Origin: Octopus sinensis
Lineage: Eukaryota
Assembly (NCBI RefSeq): GCF_006345805.1
Contig: NW_021833936.1
Coordinates: 9,950 to 73,949, forward strand
Length of the DNA stretch: 64,000 nucleotides
Reading direction: 5' to 3'
Shown here: piece by piece, positions 29,495 to 42,214 of the stretch
How the letters are laid out: the number at the start of each line of letters is the position of its first letter
Position numbering within the stretch: position 1 is the first letter of the stretch
Notes under the pieces: model-generated
The model's database searches: none
What the model was told of the DNA's origin: nothing
The model's input: only the letters and a program-made list of their open reading frames with translations
Made by a program: the position numbers and the translations under genes

Positions 29495-29711
29495 TAGGCG
29501 GTGAACTGGCAGAATCATTAGCAGGCCGGACGAAATGCTTACCAGCATTTTGTCCGTCTTGACGTTCTGAATTAGTGGTCTACTTTGCCTTTCATTCTTT
29601 CGGGGTCGATAAAATAGGTACCAATTGATCACTGGGGTCAATGTAATCGGTTTACCTCACCCTCTCTCTCGAACTTGGCTATGTGCCATGTGCCAAAATT
29701 TGAAACCATTA
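29495..29711 (+). mobile_element. SINE-C, C2 type, diverged
   Basis: Homology to SINE-C; its 3' end is the target of the following insertion. Confidence 0.75.
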
Positions 29712-30129
29712 CCTATTTCTTTACAACCCACAAGGGGGTAAACACAGAGAGGACAAAGAAGGACAGACAAACGGACTTAGTCGATTACATCGACCCAGTG
29801 CGTAACTGGTATTTATTTAATCGACCCCGAAAGGATGAAAGGCAAAGTCGACATCGGCGGAATTTGAACTCAGAACGTAGCGGCAGACGAAATACCTATT
29901 TCTTTATTACCCACAAGGGGCTAAACACAGAGAGGACAAACAAGGACAGACAAACGGATTTAGTCGATTATATCGACCCCAGTGCGTAACTGGTATTTAT
30001 TTAATCGACCCCGAAAGGATGAAAGGCAAAGTCGACCTCGGCGGAATTTGAACTCAGAACGTAACGGCAGACGAAATACTGCTAAGCATTTCGCCCGGCG
30101 TCCTAACGTTTCTGCCAGCTCGCCGCCTT
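29712..30129 (-). mobile_element. SINE-C dimer (2 x C1 unit)
   Basis: 183-bp period; 16-bp TSD aaatttgaaaccatta at 29696-29711 and 30130-30145. Confidence 0.92.
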
Positions 30130-30180
30130 AAATTTGAAACCATTAACATTAATGTTATTATTAAGACAGAGACCTAACAG

Positions 30181-30365
30181 GAACGTTAGCACGCAAGGCG
30201 AAATGCTTAGCGGCATTTCGTCCGTCTTTACGTTCTGGGTTCAAATTCCGCCTAAACGAACTTTGCACTTCATCCTTTTGGAGTCGATAAACACTGGGTT
30301 CGATATAATCAAATTACTTCCTTCCCCAAAATTGCTGGCCTTGTGCCAAAATTTGAAATCAGTAT
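30181..30365 (+). mobile_element. SINE-C, C2 type, diverged
   Basis: Homology to SINE-C with internal deletion. Confidence 0.7.
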
Positions 30366-30369
30366 TAAT

Positions 30370-31420
30370 ATTACCATCACCTACATCAGTATCATTAGAC
30401 ACACCACCATCACCAACTGAACCATGGTACCACTTCCGTCGCTATGAATGCTTCGTCACTTCCATCTCCACCACTACCACTTGCCATCAGTAGCATACCA
30501 GTGTCATCGCTACCGCCACCACTACCAGCAGTAGCAGCATCAGCAACATCAGCAACATACCACCACCACCCCCATTACCACCACCACCACTACCACCATC
30601 AGCATCATACCACCACCACCACCACCACCACTCCCACCACCACTACCCCACCACCACCACCACCATCACCCCCACACCACCACCACCATCATCACCACCA
30701 CCACCACCGCCACTACCATCATCAGCAATATAACAGCATACCATTTCAATCACCAGCAACATAACATTAATCGCCACCGCCACCAATACCACCACACCAC
30801 TTCCACCACCATCACTACACCGTCACCATCACCACCACCACCACCACCACCATCACCACCACCACCACCACCACCACCACCACCACCATCACCACCACCA
30901 CCACCACCACCACCACCACCACCACCACCACCACCACTACACACCACCACCACCACCACCACCACCACCACCACCACTACCACCACCAGCACCACTGCCA
31001 CTACCACCACCACCACCACCACCACCACTACCACCACCACCACCACCACCACCACCACTACCACCACCACCACCACCACTACCACCACCACCACCACTAC
31101 CACCACCACCACTACCACCACCACACCACCACCACCACCATCAGCACCACCACCACCACCACCACCACCACTACCACCACCACCACCACCACCACCACCA
31201 CCACCACCACCACCACCACCACCAACATCGATAGCACATCATTTCCAGTCTCTAGAATACCACATCAACAACGTATCACTTCCACCGCCAACGACATCAG
31301 CAATATAATACCATTTCAACCGCCACCACTACCACCACCACCACCACCACCATCACCGACGACGGCAACCACCAGCATCAAGAACCGTACCACTTCCTCC
31401 CCACCCCCACCCGCCGCCAC
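30370..31420. repeat. (CAC/ACC)n-dominated trinucleotide array
   Basis: Directly visible. Confidence 0.92.
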
Positions 31421-31542
31421 CATCAACTCCCCAACACTTTCATTTCAATCTTCCTACACTGATCAATAGTTAATCAAATTCTTCTACTCTTACTCCGACT
31501 ACAACTCCGCTCCCTCCCTCCCTCACCACTCTCTCTCTCTCT

Positions 31543-31586
<44 letters not shown>

Positions 31587-31941
31587 GGCTGTTTGCCTGT
31601 CTGTCTCTAAATCATTCTCTCTCTCTCTCATATTCTGTCTTTCAATTCAGGAACATCCAAGTGGAGTCACGAGAAAAACAAGGCAAACAAAATTCAGGAA
31701 CTTGTTAACCTATCCTTCATCCGCGCCCCCCCCCCCGCCACCACCTACATTTCCCTCCTCCTTCACTGCCTCCTCCTCCCCCTCCTTCCACTCTACCAAA
31801 CTCTTCCTCCATCTCCTCCTCCTCCTCCCGCTCACTCTTAACTTACGCCTCTTCATTCTTATTATTCCCTTCTTCCACATCTCAATTTCTCTTCAAAACA
31901 CGGACTGACAGACAATACGACCTTTTACATGTCACACACAC

Positions 31942-31972
<31 letters not shown>

Positions 31973-32165
31973 AATAGACTCATACATAAATACATACATA
32001 CATACATACATGCATGCATACATACATACATACACACATACATACATTCACACACACGACACGACCTTTACAACATTCCATCACACACAGATACACATTT
32101 ACACACAGGCTGGCAGGGGGAAAACGCGCGCCTATGTCATACGTACATACCTTCGTGTATGTATG

Positions 32166-32214
<49 letters not shown>

Positions 32215-32225
32215 TGCATGTGCGA

Positions 32226-32281
<56 letters not shown>

Positions 32282-32613
32282 GCACACACACTCGCACATG
32301 CACTTTTGTTATTTGCTGTTACCATAGGGAAAAGCATCTACGTTACGAAATCCCATTAACAGCCATGCTACAAACCTGTGTCATATATATAAAGAAAGCA
32401 TGTACGCATGTATGTGTGTGCGTGTATGTGTGTGTTTGTGTGCATGTGCGTGTGAATTTATAGGTGCGTATGAGTGTATACGTGCATGTGTGTATTAATT
32501 TGTAATGTGTAAAGTATGCATATTTAATAAACGTACAACTCAGCCTAGCAGTGCAAAATAAGCAAAGTGGTTGCACCACATTCTTACCTTTCTGTGTGGA
32601 GAAAAGAATTCAA

Positions 32614-33252
32614 GGCGGCGAGCTGGCAGAAACGTTAGCACGCCGGGCGAAAATGCTTTGCGGTATTTCGTCTTCCGCTACGTTCTGAGTTCTAATTCTG
32701 CCGAGGTCGACTTTGCCTTTCATCCTTTCGAAGTCGATTAAATAAGTACCAGTTACGCACTAGGGTCGATGTAATCGACTTAATCCGTTTGTCTGTCCTT
32801 GTTTGCCCCCCTCTGTGTGTAGCCCCGTGTGGGCAAGTACAGAAATAAGAGACGTTAGCACGCCGGGCGAAATGCGTAGCCGTATTTCGTCTGCCGTTAC
32901 GTTCTGAGTTCAAATTCCGCCGGGGTCAACTTTGCCTTTCATCCTTTCGGGGTCGATTAAATAAGTACCAGTTACGCACTGGGGTCGATATAATCGACTT
33001 AATCCGTTTGTCTGTCCTTGTTTGTCCTCTCTGTGGTTGGCCCTTTGTGAGTAGTAAAGAAATAGGTATTTCGTCTGCCGCTACGTTCTGAGTTCAAATT
33101 CCGCCGATGTCGCCTTTGCCGTCCATCCCCTTTGCGGTCGATAAATTAAGTACCAGCTACGAACTGGGGTCGATGTAATCGACTTAATCCCTTTGTCTGC
33201 CCTTGTTTGTCCCGTCTATGTTTAGCGCATTGTGGGCAATATAGAAATAAGA
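32614..33252 (+). mobile_element. SINE-C trimer
   Basis: Head+unit, partial head+unit, then a third unit joined at aaagaaata|ggtatttcgtc. Confidence 0.88.
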
Positions 33253-33446
33253 AAAAGAATTGACCTGACTAGCTTTTACTTTTGTGAGACCTTCATCAGA
33301 GAGTCGGTGCGTACCGTTTACCTTATATTTACCTCTGATTTATTTCAGTCATTGTACGGCGGTCAGGCTGGAGCACTGCCTTGATGGCTGTAGTGGAGGA
33401 GCAAATCGACGCTTAGTGCTTTACCCAGTTATTCTTTTCTTTTATT

Positions 33447-33870
33447 CTTTCTTTTATTCTTTAATTTGTTCCAGTCATATGACTGCGGCCGTGCTAGAGC
33501 ACCGCCTTCGGTCGAGCAAATCGACCCCAGGAATTATCCTTTGTAAGCCTAGTACTTATTCTATCGGTCTCTCTAGTCGAACCGCTAAATGGCGGGGACG
33601 TAAACACACCAGCATCGGTTGTCAAGCGATGTTGGGGTGGGGGGGGGGCAAGCACAGACACACAAATATATACACACAAACATATACATACCCATCGCTT
33701 GACAACCAATGTTGGTGAGTTTACGTCCTTGTAACTTAGCGGTTCGGCAAAAAGAAAGCTATAGAATAAATACCAGGCTTAGAAAGAATAAGTTCTGGGG
33801 GTCGATTTCCTCGACTAAAGGCGGTGATCCACCATGGCTGCAGTTAAATGACTGTAACAAATATAAGAAC
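33447..33870. mobile_element. Two SINE-A 3' halves in inverted, head-to-head orientation
   Basis: 33447-33690 (minus) and 33691-33870 (plus). Confidence 0.8.
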
Positions 33871-33875
33871 GTTTG

Positions 33876-33906
<31 letters not shown>

Positions 33907-34231
33907 TGTGTGTGTGTGTGTGGTGTGTGTGTGTGTGTGTGGTGTGTGTACGACGAACTTCCACACAGATTCCACCTACCAAATTCCTCACAAGGCATCG
34001 ATCATAAGGCGTGAAGGTGTGGTTAAAGACATTTGCCAATAGCGTAATGGGACTGAATCCGAACCGCGTTTGCAAAGAGAACTTCTTAACCATACGACCA
34101 TGCCTGCATGTATGTGTAGTATACTAGTGATTAATTAATTATAAAGTGTTTCCAATGTATGCAGTCATGCATAAAGAGGGAACCAGTTTAGCTCTGTCAG
34201 AGTTTGTATACGCATGAATAAATATAGTGTA

Positions 34232-34599
34232 CGAGCAGTATCGCCCGGCGTTGCTCGGGTTTGTAAGGGAAATAACTATATAAGCATTTTTAGAGAGTTA
34301 TAGCCAAAAAGTAGCAAAAAAATGCATTAAAAAGGGAAAAAAAATTATGGTAATTTTTTTTTTAAATCGTTGACTCATCGTAGACATTTTTAGAGAGTTA
34401 CTTCCCTTATATAATAGCGAAAAAATGCATTAAAATGCATTTAAATCATCGAGGACGCGCGCTAATACCCAGAAGGGCTCGATATGAATCACGACTATAA
34501 GATACCCGGTTTTGGTTAAACTGCACTGCAAAATGTGGGAGTAGTTAGAAATCTAAATCGTAGGAGACAGACACACAACTTGACTTTTATAAATAAGGA
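34232..34599 (-). mobile_element. Non-autonomous Helitron
   Basis: 5' A|TC, subterminal hairpin cccgagcaacgccggg, 3' CTCG|T (CTAG variant); 3' ~110 bp shared with 62418-62802. Confidence 0.75.
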
Positions 34600-34749
34600 T
34601 TAACCTTTCTGTATGCAGAAAGAGAGTATTCTTTGCCTTCAAACTAGACAAATTCATACAATCTACAAACAGATAAAACTTGTGATGTAACCACTATATT
34701 TTTCACAGGGAAGTGAAACCGTGCTATGTGGCACCCTTCACAATATAGC

Positions 34750-34890
34750 ATTGTGTGCGTGTGCGTGCGTGTGCGTGCGTGCGTGTGCGTGCGTGTGTGC
34801 GCGCGCATATGTTTGTATGTGTCTGTGTGTGTGCGCGTGCTTGTAAGTGTTTGTGTGTGTGTGTGCGTGCGTGCATGCGTGTTTTGTTTA

Positions 34891-34929
<39 letters not shown>

Positions 34930-35320
34930 ATGCGTGTTTTGTGTGTGCGTGCATGCGTGTTTTATGTGTGTGTGTGTGTGTGTGTGCATGCGTGTTGTGT
35001 GTGTGTGTGCATGCGTGTTTTGTGTGTGTGTGCATGCGTGTTTTGTGTGTGTGCATGCGTGTTTTGTGTGTGTGCATGCGTGTTTTGTGTGTGTGTGTGT
35101 GCATGCGTGTTTTGTGTGTGTGTGTGCATGCGTGTTTTGTGTGTGTGTGCATGCGTGTTTTGTGTGTGTGTGTGCATGCGTGTTTTGTGTGTGTGTGTGT
35201 GCATGCGTGTTTTGTGTGTGTGTGTGTGTGCATGCGTGTTTTGTGTGTGTGTGCGTGCGTGTTTTGTGTGTGTGTATGTGTGTGTGCGAGCATGCGTGTT
35301 TTGTGTGTGCATATGTATGT
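34750..35320. repeat. Minisatellite (GT)n-GCATGCGTGTTTT, about 15 units
   Basis: Constant core separated by variable-length GT runs. Confidence 0.9.
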
Positions 35321-35720
35321 GCACTACACACTATGCTCAGTCTTTTCTCAGCAGAACACGTCCATCCCCTTCGAATCTGTTCCCCACTAATAATCCACCC
35401 TGCTGGTAACGACCTATTACAACAGTTCAAACAAAATATTAACAACATCAAGCTCGTCCTTTTCAGAATCGCTCAGTTACGGGGACATAAACAAACCAGC
35501 ACCTGCTGTCAAACTGCGGTGGAAGACAAACAGACACATACACACACATCAAAAGTGAGAAAGAAAAATTAGTGCTGGGATCGATTTGTTCGATAAAACC
35601 CTTGAAGGCGGTGCTCCAGCATGGCCGTAGTCCAATGAACGAAACAATAAAAGATCAAAGATAAAAGATAAATTATAGTGAAAAACAAAACTGACAGTAC
35701 AATGGATAAGATGTTGGCTT

Positions 35721-36102
35721 GGAAGCACTCCGTCGGTTACGACGATGAGGGTTCCGGTTGATCCGATCAACGGAACAGCCTGCTCGTGAAATTAACGTGT
35801 AAAGTGGCTGAGCACTCCACAGACACGTGTACCCTTAACGTAGTTCTCGGGGATATTCAGCGTGACACAGAGAGTGACAAGGCCGGTCCTTTGAAATACA
35901 GGTACAACAGAAACAGGAAGAAAGAGTGAGAGAAAGTTGTGGTGAAAGAGTACAGCAGAGATCACCACCATCCCCTGCCGGAGCCTCGTGGAGCTTTAGG
36001 TGTTTTCGCTCAATAAACACTCACAACGCCCGGTCTGGGAATCGAAACCGCGATCCTATGACCGCGAGTCCGCTGCCCTAACCACTGGGCCATTGCGCCT
36101 CC
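35721..36102 (-). mobile_element. SINE-B, full length
   Basis: TSD atgttggctt at 35711-35720 and 36103-36112. Confidence 0.92.
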
Positions 36103-36687
36103 ATGTTGGCTTAACGCTTATAGAAAAGGAAAATAGTGTTTCTAGTGTTTCGGATTGTCAGCCCTTCTGAAAGGATACATAGAGAGAGAGAGAGACAAAG
36201 AAAAGAGTCTGAGTAAAATCAGTTTGGAATAATCAGATGTGTTGTGTGTGTGTCTGTACATGTTGAGTTGGTATTTGTTAGAAAATAGCCGATGGTTCAC
36301 TTAGCGTTACTCCGCAAGGTATCATCGTTCAGGCAACATCATGCTAAATATATACTGTTTTTAAGAAATGTGGATCTGCATTGGTCAGAAACAATGCAGT
36401 ATACAAAATAGTGTCGTGGTCTAGCTGTTGTGTGACTATATTGGAGGAGGGCACTAGCATCAGAACTAAACTACACTACTTTAACTCGTAAATTTGATGG
36501 ACTTTTGAAAGATTTTCAAGGGAAATAATTGTCTGTAGCGACACAAGTTTAAGTTATTGGATATTGTATTCAAAATTCAAGTAGGTTGTTTGAGAAGCTA
36601 AGATTTGTCAACAAAACATTCTGCAATATCTAACCGGTCGGTCTATAAGGTCGCGCACTACTCCGCCCCTCTCTTTATCTATCTATC

Positions 36688-36734
<47 letters not shown>

Positions 36735-39673
36735 TTCTCACATCTTCGCTCTCCTCCCTCTCTCTATCACCCTTGACACTTCAATTCTACTATCCTTAAA
36801 CTCCTGATGAATTCTCCCTGTCTCTCGCTTGTATGAGTGTATCTGTTAGTTGTAACGTTCCTTAAAAGTTTTTGCCGTGATTCCGGTATAATTTGTTTGG
36901 ACACCATCTACGTGTGTTGTTTTCGCTATACAGATTGTTTAAAAAGGCAATATGAGTCGACTTTACAGTTGAATGCTGAGAGATCAAGTAGGTGTTGACT
37001 GTGTATATGTCATAGATTTGTGGTGTGAGATCTGGCAAGGGGTCCTATCCAGACAAGACCAACAAAGTTTCATGTTATTAGCGTTAAAGAATTTGTAGTA
37101 TTCATGCATGGCTTGGAAATAAATTACAATAAGATTTGATCATTTCTAGCCATGTTAATGGTTTCTAAACTAATGGCACTGACTCGCAAAATATGTAATA
37201 CTAATTTATATTTTCTGGCGAGCAACTTACATTGTTGTGAATTGCTCTATCACCTACATAACCATAACAATATTTTATTCTGTTTCAGATTATTTTCTAG
37301 AATTTTAATCTTAACTTTTTAGAATATGGTAAGTAGAGAATACAAAAGTCCGCCAGATACATTCTGTTATGATTGCAGTTATTATTTAGAACTAGGCAGA
37401 TAAATTCTCGTACTCTGGAATAGCATGTACTTTGAAATAGCTATTGGGAACCAATAAGTCTTGAGGTCTCTTACAATGAGTGGGGGATAATTAAGACGTG
37501 AGAGAGTATCTATACACTTTATTTCCAGAATAAAAGGAGAGAGAAAGAGGCAAACAGATAGACAGTCAGAGACTGAGGCAGAGAGAGAGAGAGACAGACA
37601 TAGAGAGAAGCAGAGAGACAGAGAGATGAAGAATTAACACAGTGACTTTTATTTCTATGTATTTGATGTTACAAAATACAGTAAGGCAAACTGTTCGCTA
37701 TCTAAGCATACTATCTTCAATTGTATCCGTTCCTCGTGGGGAAACCTTACCATTATCACAAGCAGCAGCAAATGTATTTAACAAGTAACAGCAACTATAT
37801 TACTGTGTGATTTGCACTTTGAGTTATTAATATCCTGGCAACTAGGCTTAGAGGATTTTAGTAACTAAAAGTACAATTAACTTCACAATGGAAACTAATA
37901 TGCATCTCCACCTCTTGCAAATCAGTACAAACGAAAGAAACTGCGACAATGCTAAATAAATACTTGCCAACTATCAAATATGCAGTAGTTAAGTAGAGTT
38001 TGTATAGTGATTATAAGATACTTGCTGTTATGCTCAGTTTGCTGGTTGTATATACAAAATATTCATGTTTTCTTCGTTTATGAGATAATAGGGCTGTTGA
38101 TGATCATTACCAAGAAGATCAATGCCCCACAAGAATTACAGGCAAGAATGTTAAATGTTCTTAGACTGCTTTCTTCTTGTGAGGCTTCAAAAAAAGTTTT
38201 CTTACACACACTTCACTTAAGCTACGAATGATAAGATAGTTCGTTAAAACCTTAGGTTTTGAAGAAGCTTCTCAAGAAATTCGCCTATTTTGAAAGTTCT
38301 TTGATGCAATACTGAAGTGAGAAAAACTTGAGAGAAAGATGAGCAGAGTCGAAGGGGGAGCAAGGGGTGTATATTTCACGGTGTGGCTCGTGAACCTCAA
38401 GAAACTCGCCAAAAATCCTAACTTCAGGAAATTTGTTGCAAGGTTTATCGAAAGTTAAGAGAACATGGGTTGTCGCGTTATCATTAAAAGTTCATTTCAC
38501 GTATTTGCAGCATGACTTTTTTTCCGGGGAAAACTTCGGTGAAATCTATTTGACATTGTAACAATGGTTGGAAAGTACCAAAGTTGCTAGGATACTGCTA
38601 TGATGGAATACTATATATGATATGTGGTTAGTAAAGATGAAAGCTTTCATAAAATACCGCGATCTTTCAAAACACTTAATTTTTAAACTGTTAGATGTTT
38701 TCTGAATTTGCAAATTATTTTATTTGTAAAATACATTTATCTAGAAAATGTTGTGTTGCAAAGTAAACAAAATTTTCACTTAGTCAATTGTTTTGTTTGT
38801 TAAATACATTTATCTGGGAAATTTTGAGCAAATTAAACATGAAATTGATTTATTTTTCTCTTAACAAAGAAACGAAATGAAATAATGCCAACACCTAACC
38901 TTAGGTGAAGGCAGACTAAAAGCAAAACCTAGCTTTCTTTCGACAAATTTGATGAAAAGCAGAATTTAAGATTATTCAAGAGCTCAGCAGTTAAAAATAT
39001 AAAGAGACACAGTAAAAAAGAAAAGCATCACCACATGAACGCCTATCTGCACTGCATTACATTACCATCATTAATTGTCAACGAGCCAAACAGGAAACCT
39101 CAAACATCATTATTCCCACTTCGAAATGATTGAATATATTGAGTGACTCGAGCCTTCATTTTTATATGCGAGAAAATAAATTGTGATGGCCACTGCTTGA
39201 ACGAAGGTCGGATTTTGTGTTTCGTTTCAGAAAACCATAGCAACTGAACATCAAGAAAACACCCGGATAAACGTGAAGATTGGAGGGGTGGGGTGGGGGA
39301 CTTGAAAGGTTGGCTCTACACGAAAGAAGAAATAAAGTTTCGAGAAAGGTAAGTACAATACAATACACTCATACAGTACAAAAGAACACAAAATATCAAT
39401 AGATATAAAACACGCTCTAAATCATAACGAAACATAACAAGAAAAGTCAAATACTGTCATTATATTCCTCTTCACAACAACAACCCCGCAGTGAATTTAA
39501 GCAACAAGTGTAAACATACGAACTTCACACTTAAAATACACATAAATCATCGAAATAACCAGTACATCACGAATATACAAAACTAAACATCGCAAAAGGA
39601 GCGGAGTGGGGCAGTCCGTCCCAGGTGTCACTTTTATGGGGGTGATACTTTTGGGTCTGCTGTATAAGCCTGT

Positions 39674-40060
39674 GTGGAAGCACTCCATCAGTTACGACGA
39701 CGAGGGTTCCGGTTGATCCGAATCAACGGAACAGCCTGCTCATGAAATTAACGTGTAAGTGGCTGAGCACTCCACAGACACGTGTACCCTTAACGTAGTT
39801 CTCGGAGATATTCAGCGTGACACAGAGAGTGACAAGGCCGGCCCTTTGAAATACAGGTACAACAGAAACAGGAAGTAAGAGTGAGAGAAAGTTGTGGTGA
39901 AAGAGTACAGCAGGGATCACCACCATCCCCTGCCGGAGCCTCGTGGAGCTTTTAGGTGTCTTCGCTCAATAAACACTCACAACACCCGGTCTGTGAATCG
40001 AAACCGCGATCCTATGACCGCGAGTCCACTGCCCTAACCACTGGGCCATTGCGCCTCCAC
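39674..40060 (-). mobile_element. SINE-B, full length
   Basis: TSD gtataagcctgt at 39662-39673 and 40061-40072. Confidence 0.92.
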
Positions 40061-40528
40061 GTATAAGCCTGTATGGGCTAGGAGAACCAAACGACGGCAA
40101 ACTAAAAAGCTGTCCAGGCGGCAGCAAATTAAAGGGATGCCAGAGTGGCACAGACTTTAGGTTTGCCACTGCTTTAATTACATAAAAAATACTTTTAAAA
40201 AACTTAATCATCACATATGAAGTTTATGTTGCTATTATACATGAAATATAATCACAAGCCAGTATTAACTCCTCTAAAACAAGAAATAAAATGTAAAAAC
40301 TTATTTAGTAGAATCGATAGTTCAATCAATCACCACACCACATCACCCATTATAGTAACAACTTCAGATACCCACACACCAATAGCAAGCAAACACATTT
40401 AGCGAACATAATTCGAAACCAACCTTTTACACGCAAAAAAAAAAAAAGCTAGAAATACAAACTGCCAAAAGTGTATTTTCTCCCTAGATCATCATTTTGA
40501 CCAACTTCATATATCAGACACCAATAAA

Positions 40529-40532
<4 letters not shown>

Positions 40533-40606
<74 letters not shown>
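40533..40606. repeat. (TAA)n microsatellite
   Basis: Perfect run abutting the LINE fragment. Confidence 0.95.
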
Positions 40607-40608
<2 letters not shown>

Positions 40609-40910
40609 GAAGGGAACCGAAAATTATATGAGAATGATCCCTGGCTTACCATCCCTGCAAGAAGTGCAAAAGATTGTCTTAAGTGGTACATCACACGTAT
40701 TGAGAAGAGCATTGTCGCTGTGAGAACTATTACTACCCATGTATTTTAATTTAACTTTAAAAAAATTTAAAAAATGAACGAACTATTGAGTTTAGTTTAA
40801 TGGCCTACCAATGTATACAATGAGTTTATTTGCCCTAGGAGTCGGGAAGACACTCGGCAAGAAATGGAAGCAAATTTGAAAGAAGAAAAAATAAAAAAAA
40901 AATAATAATA
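40607..40910 (+). mobile_element. 5'-truncated REL-endonuclease LINE (R4/Dong-like) 3' end with UTR
   Basis: 40607-40723 encodes KKGTENYMRMIPGLPSLQEVQKIVLSGTSHVLRRALSL* (IQKxxLxGTxHILR motif), followed by a 3' UTR and an A/TAA tail. Confidence 0.75.
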
Positions 40911-40911
40911 T

Positions 40912-41030
40912 TAAACTAGAACATGAAAACTAAAACAATACCTGTTGTCATAGGTGCCCTAGGAATGATAGTAAATGGGGCTGGTTGCTACCTAGCTCAG
41001 ATGCCAGGAAACCTCAAAATGGGGTTCTAA
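40912..41030 (+). pseudogene. Second REL-LINE fragment
   Basis: NMKTKTIPVVIGALGMIVNGAGCYLAQMPGN; PVVIGALG is the typical REL-domain motif. Confidence 0.7.
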
Positions 41031-41801
41031 ATATACTATATCTAAATCATTAAAAGACTTGATGACCATAGCTAGAACGCTTTAAATTATTAGTCTACTC
41101 GATCGTAGTTGCCCTCAGGCTAAACAACATCGCCACCACCAACTATTACTACTGCTACCACTGCTACAGCTGCTGCTGCTACCACCTCCAAATAAATTAC
41201 ACCTAGATATGTGAGAAGCACATTGTACTGTTGCACCAAGCTCCAGCGTTCAGAGTCGCAACCATCCACGACAAGCGAAACCATCCTCCAAGCAAATAAA
41301 CGTGTCTACATGACTCCAGAACACTACTACACAGCAATCTCTCTGACTCTAACCTTTCTTACATACATATGAATAAGCAGCATTAATACAGCCATCAATA
41401 TAGACTGTGGTGGGATGCTGTACAGTACCAATAACAAGAATAAGAAAAGCAACAACTTCCACATTCAGAATGAATTTAACTCACCTGCCTTTGCCGTGAC
41501 CACCAGCAGAAATGAGCCTTTTGTGGTTGCTGGATCTGTTAGAAATAGCGACCAAATTCCCTCAAAGTACATTCTCTGCAGTCAAAATACTGGACTTATT
41601 GGAAAATGTTGTCCTAGACATTGAAAGGGGTGGGTTGATTATTGCCGGAGCGTTTTGGTCATAGGTCTACTCCAATCTACTTAGTATTGATATGACTCTA
41701 AAGAACAACAACTTGAACTAAATGAACCAACTTGAAACCTATATAATCATTTGACTTGCTAGATAATTACATCCTAACGCCTAAAAAATTAAAAAGTATA
41801 T

Positions 41802-41963
41802 AGGCGCAGGAGTGGCTGTGTAGTAAGTAGCTTGCTTACCAACCACATGGTTCCGGGTTCAGTCCCACTGCGTGGCATCTTGGGCAAGTGTCTTCTGCTA
41901 TAGCCCCGGGTCGACCAATGCCTTGTGAGTGGATTTGGTTGACGGAAACTGAAAGAAGCCTGT

Positions 41964-42051
<88 letters not shown>

Positions 42052-42214
42052 TGTGTGTGTTTGTCCCCCTAGCATTGCTTGACAACCGATGCTGGTGTGT
42101 TTACGTCCCGGTCACTTAGCGGTTCGGCAAAAGAGACCGATAGAATAAGTACTGGGCTTACAAAGGCGGTGCTCCAGCATGGCGCAGTCAAATGACTGAA
42201 ACAAGTAAAAGAGT
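41802..42214 (+). mobile_element. SINE-A with internal deletion
   Basis: Homology to SINE-A; about 30 bp lost between two aaag microrepeats. Confidence 0.9.

Noticed and set aside
29712-30129. SINE-C tandem units as a CRISPR-like array or hammerhead retrozyme
   Set aside because: Units are ~183 bp with no unique spacers, the context is eukaryotic, and no CUGANGA/GAAA core was found on either strand.
38340-40170. One large hAT element spanning cagagtcgaaggggg... to ...tttgccactg
   Set aside because: The putative termini are too dissimilar and no TSD or transposase motif could be confirmed.
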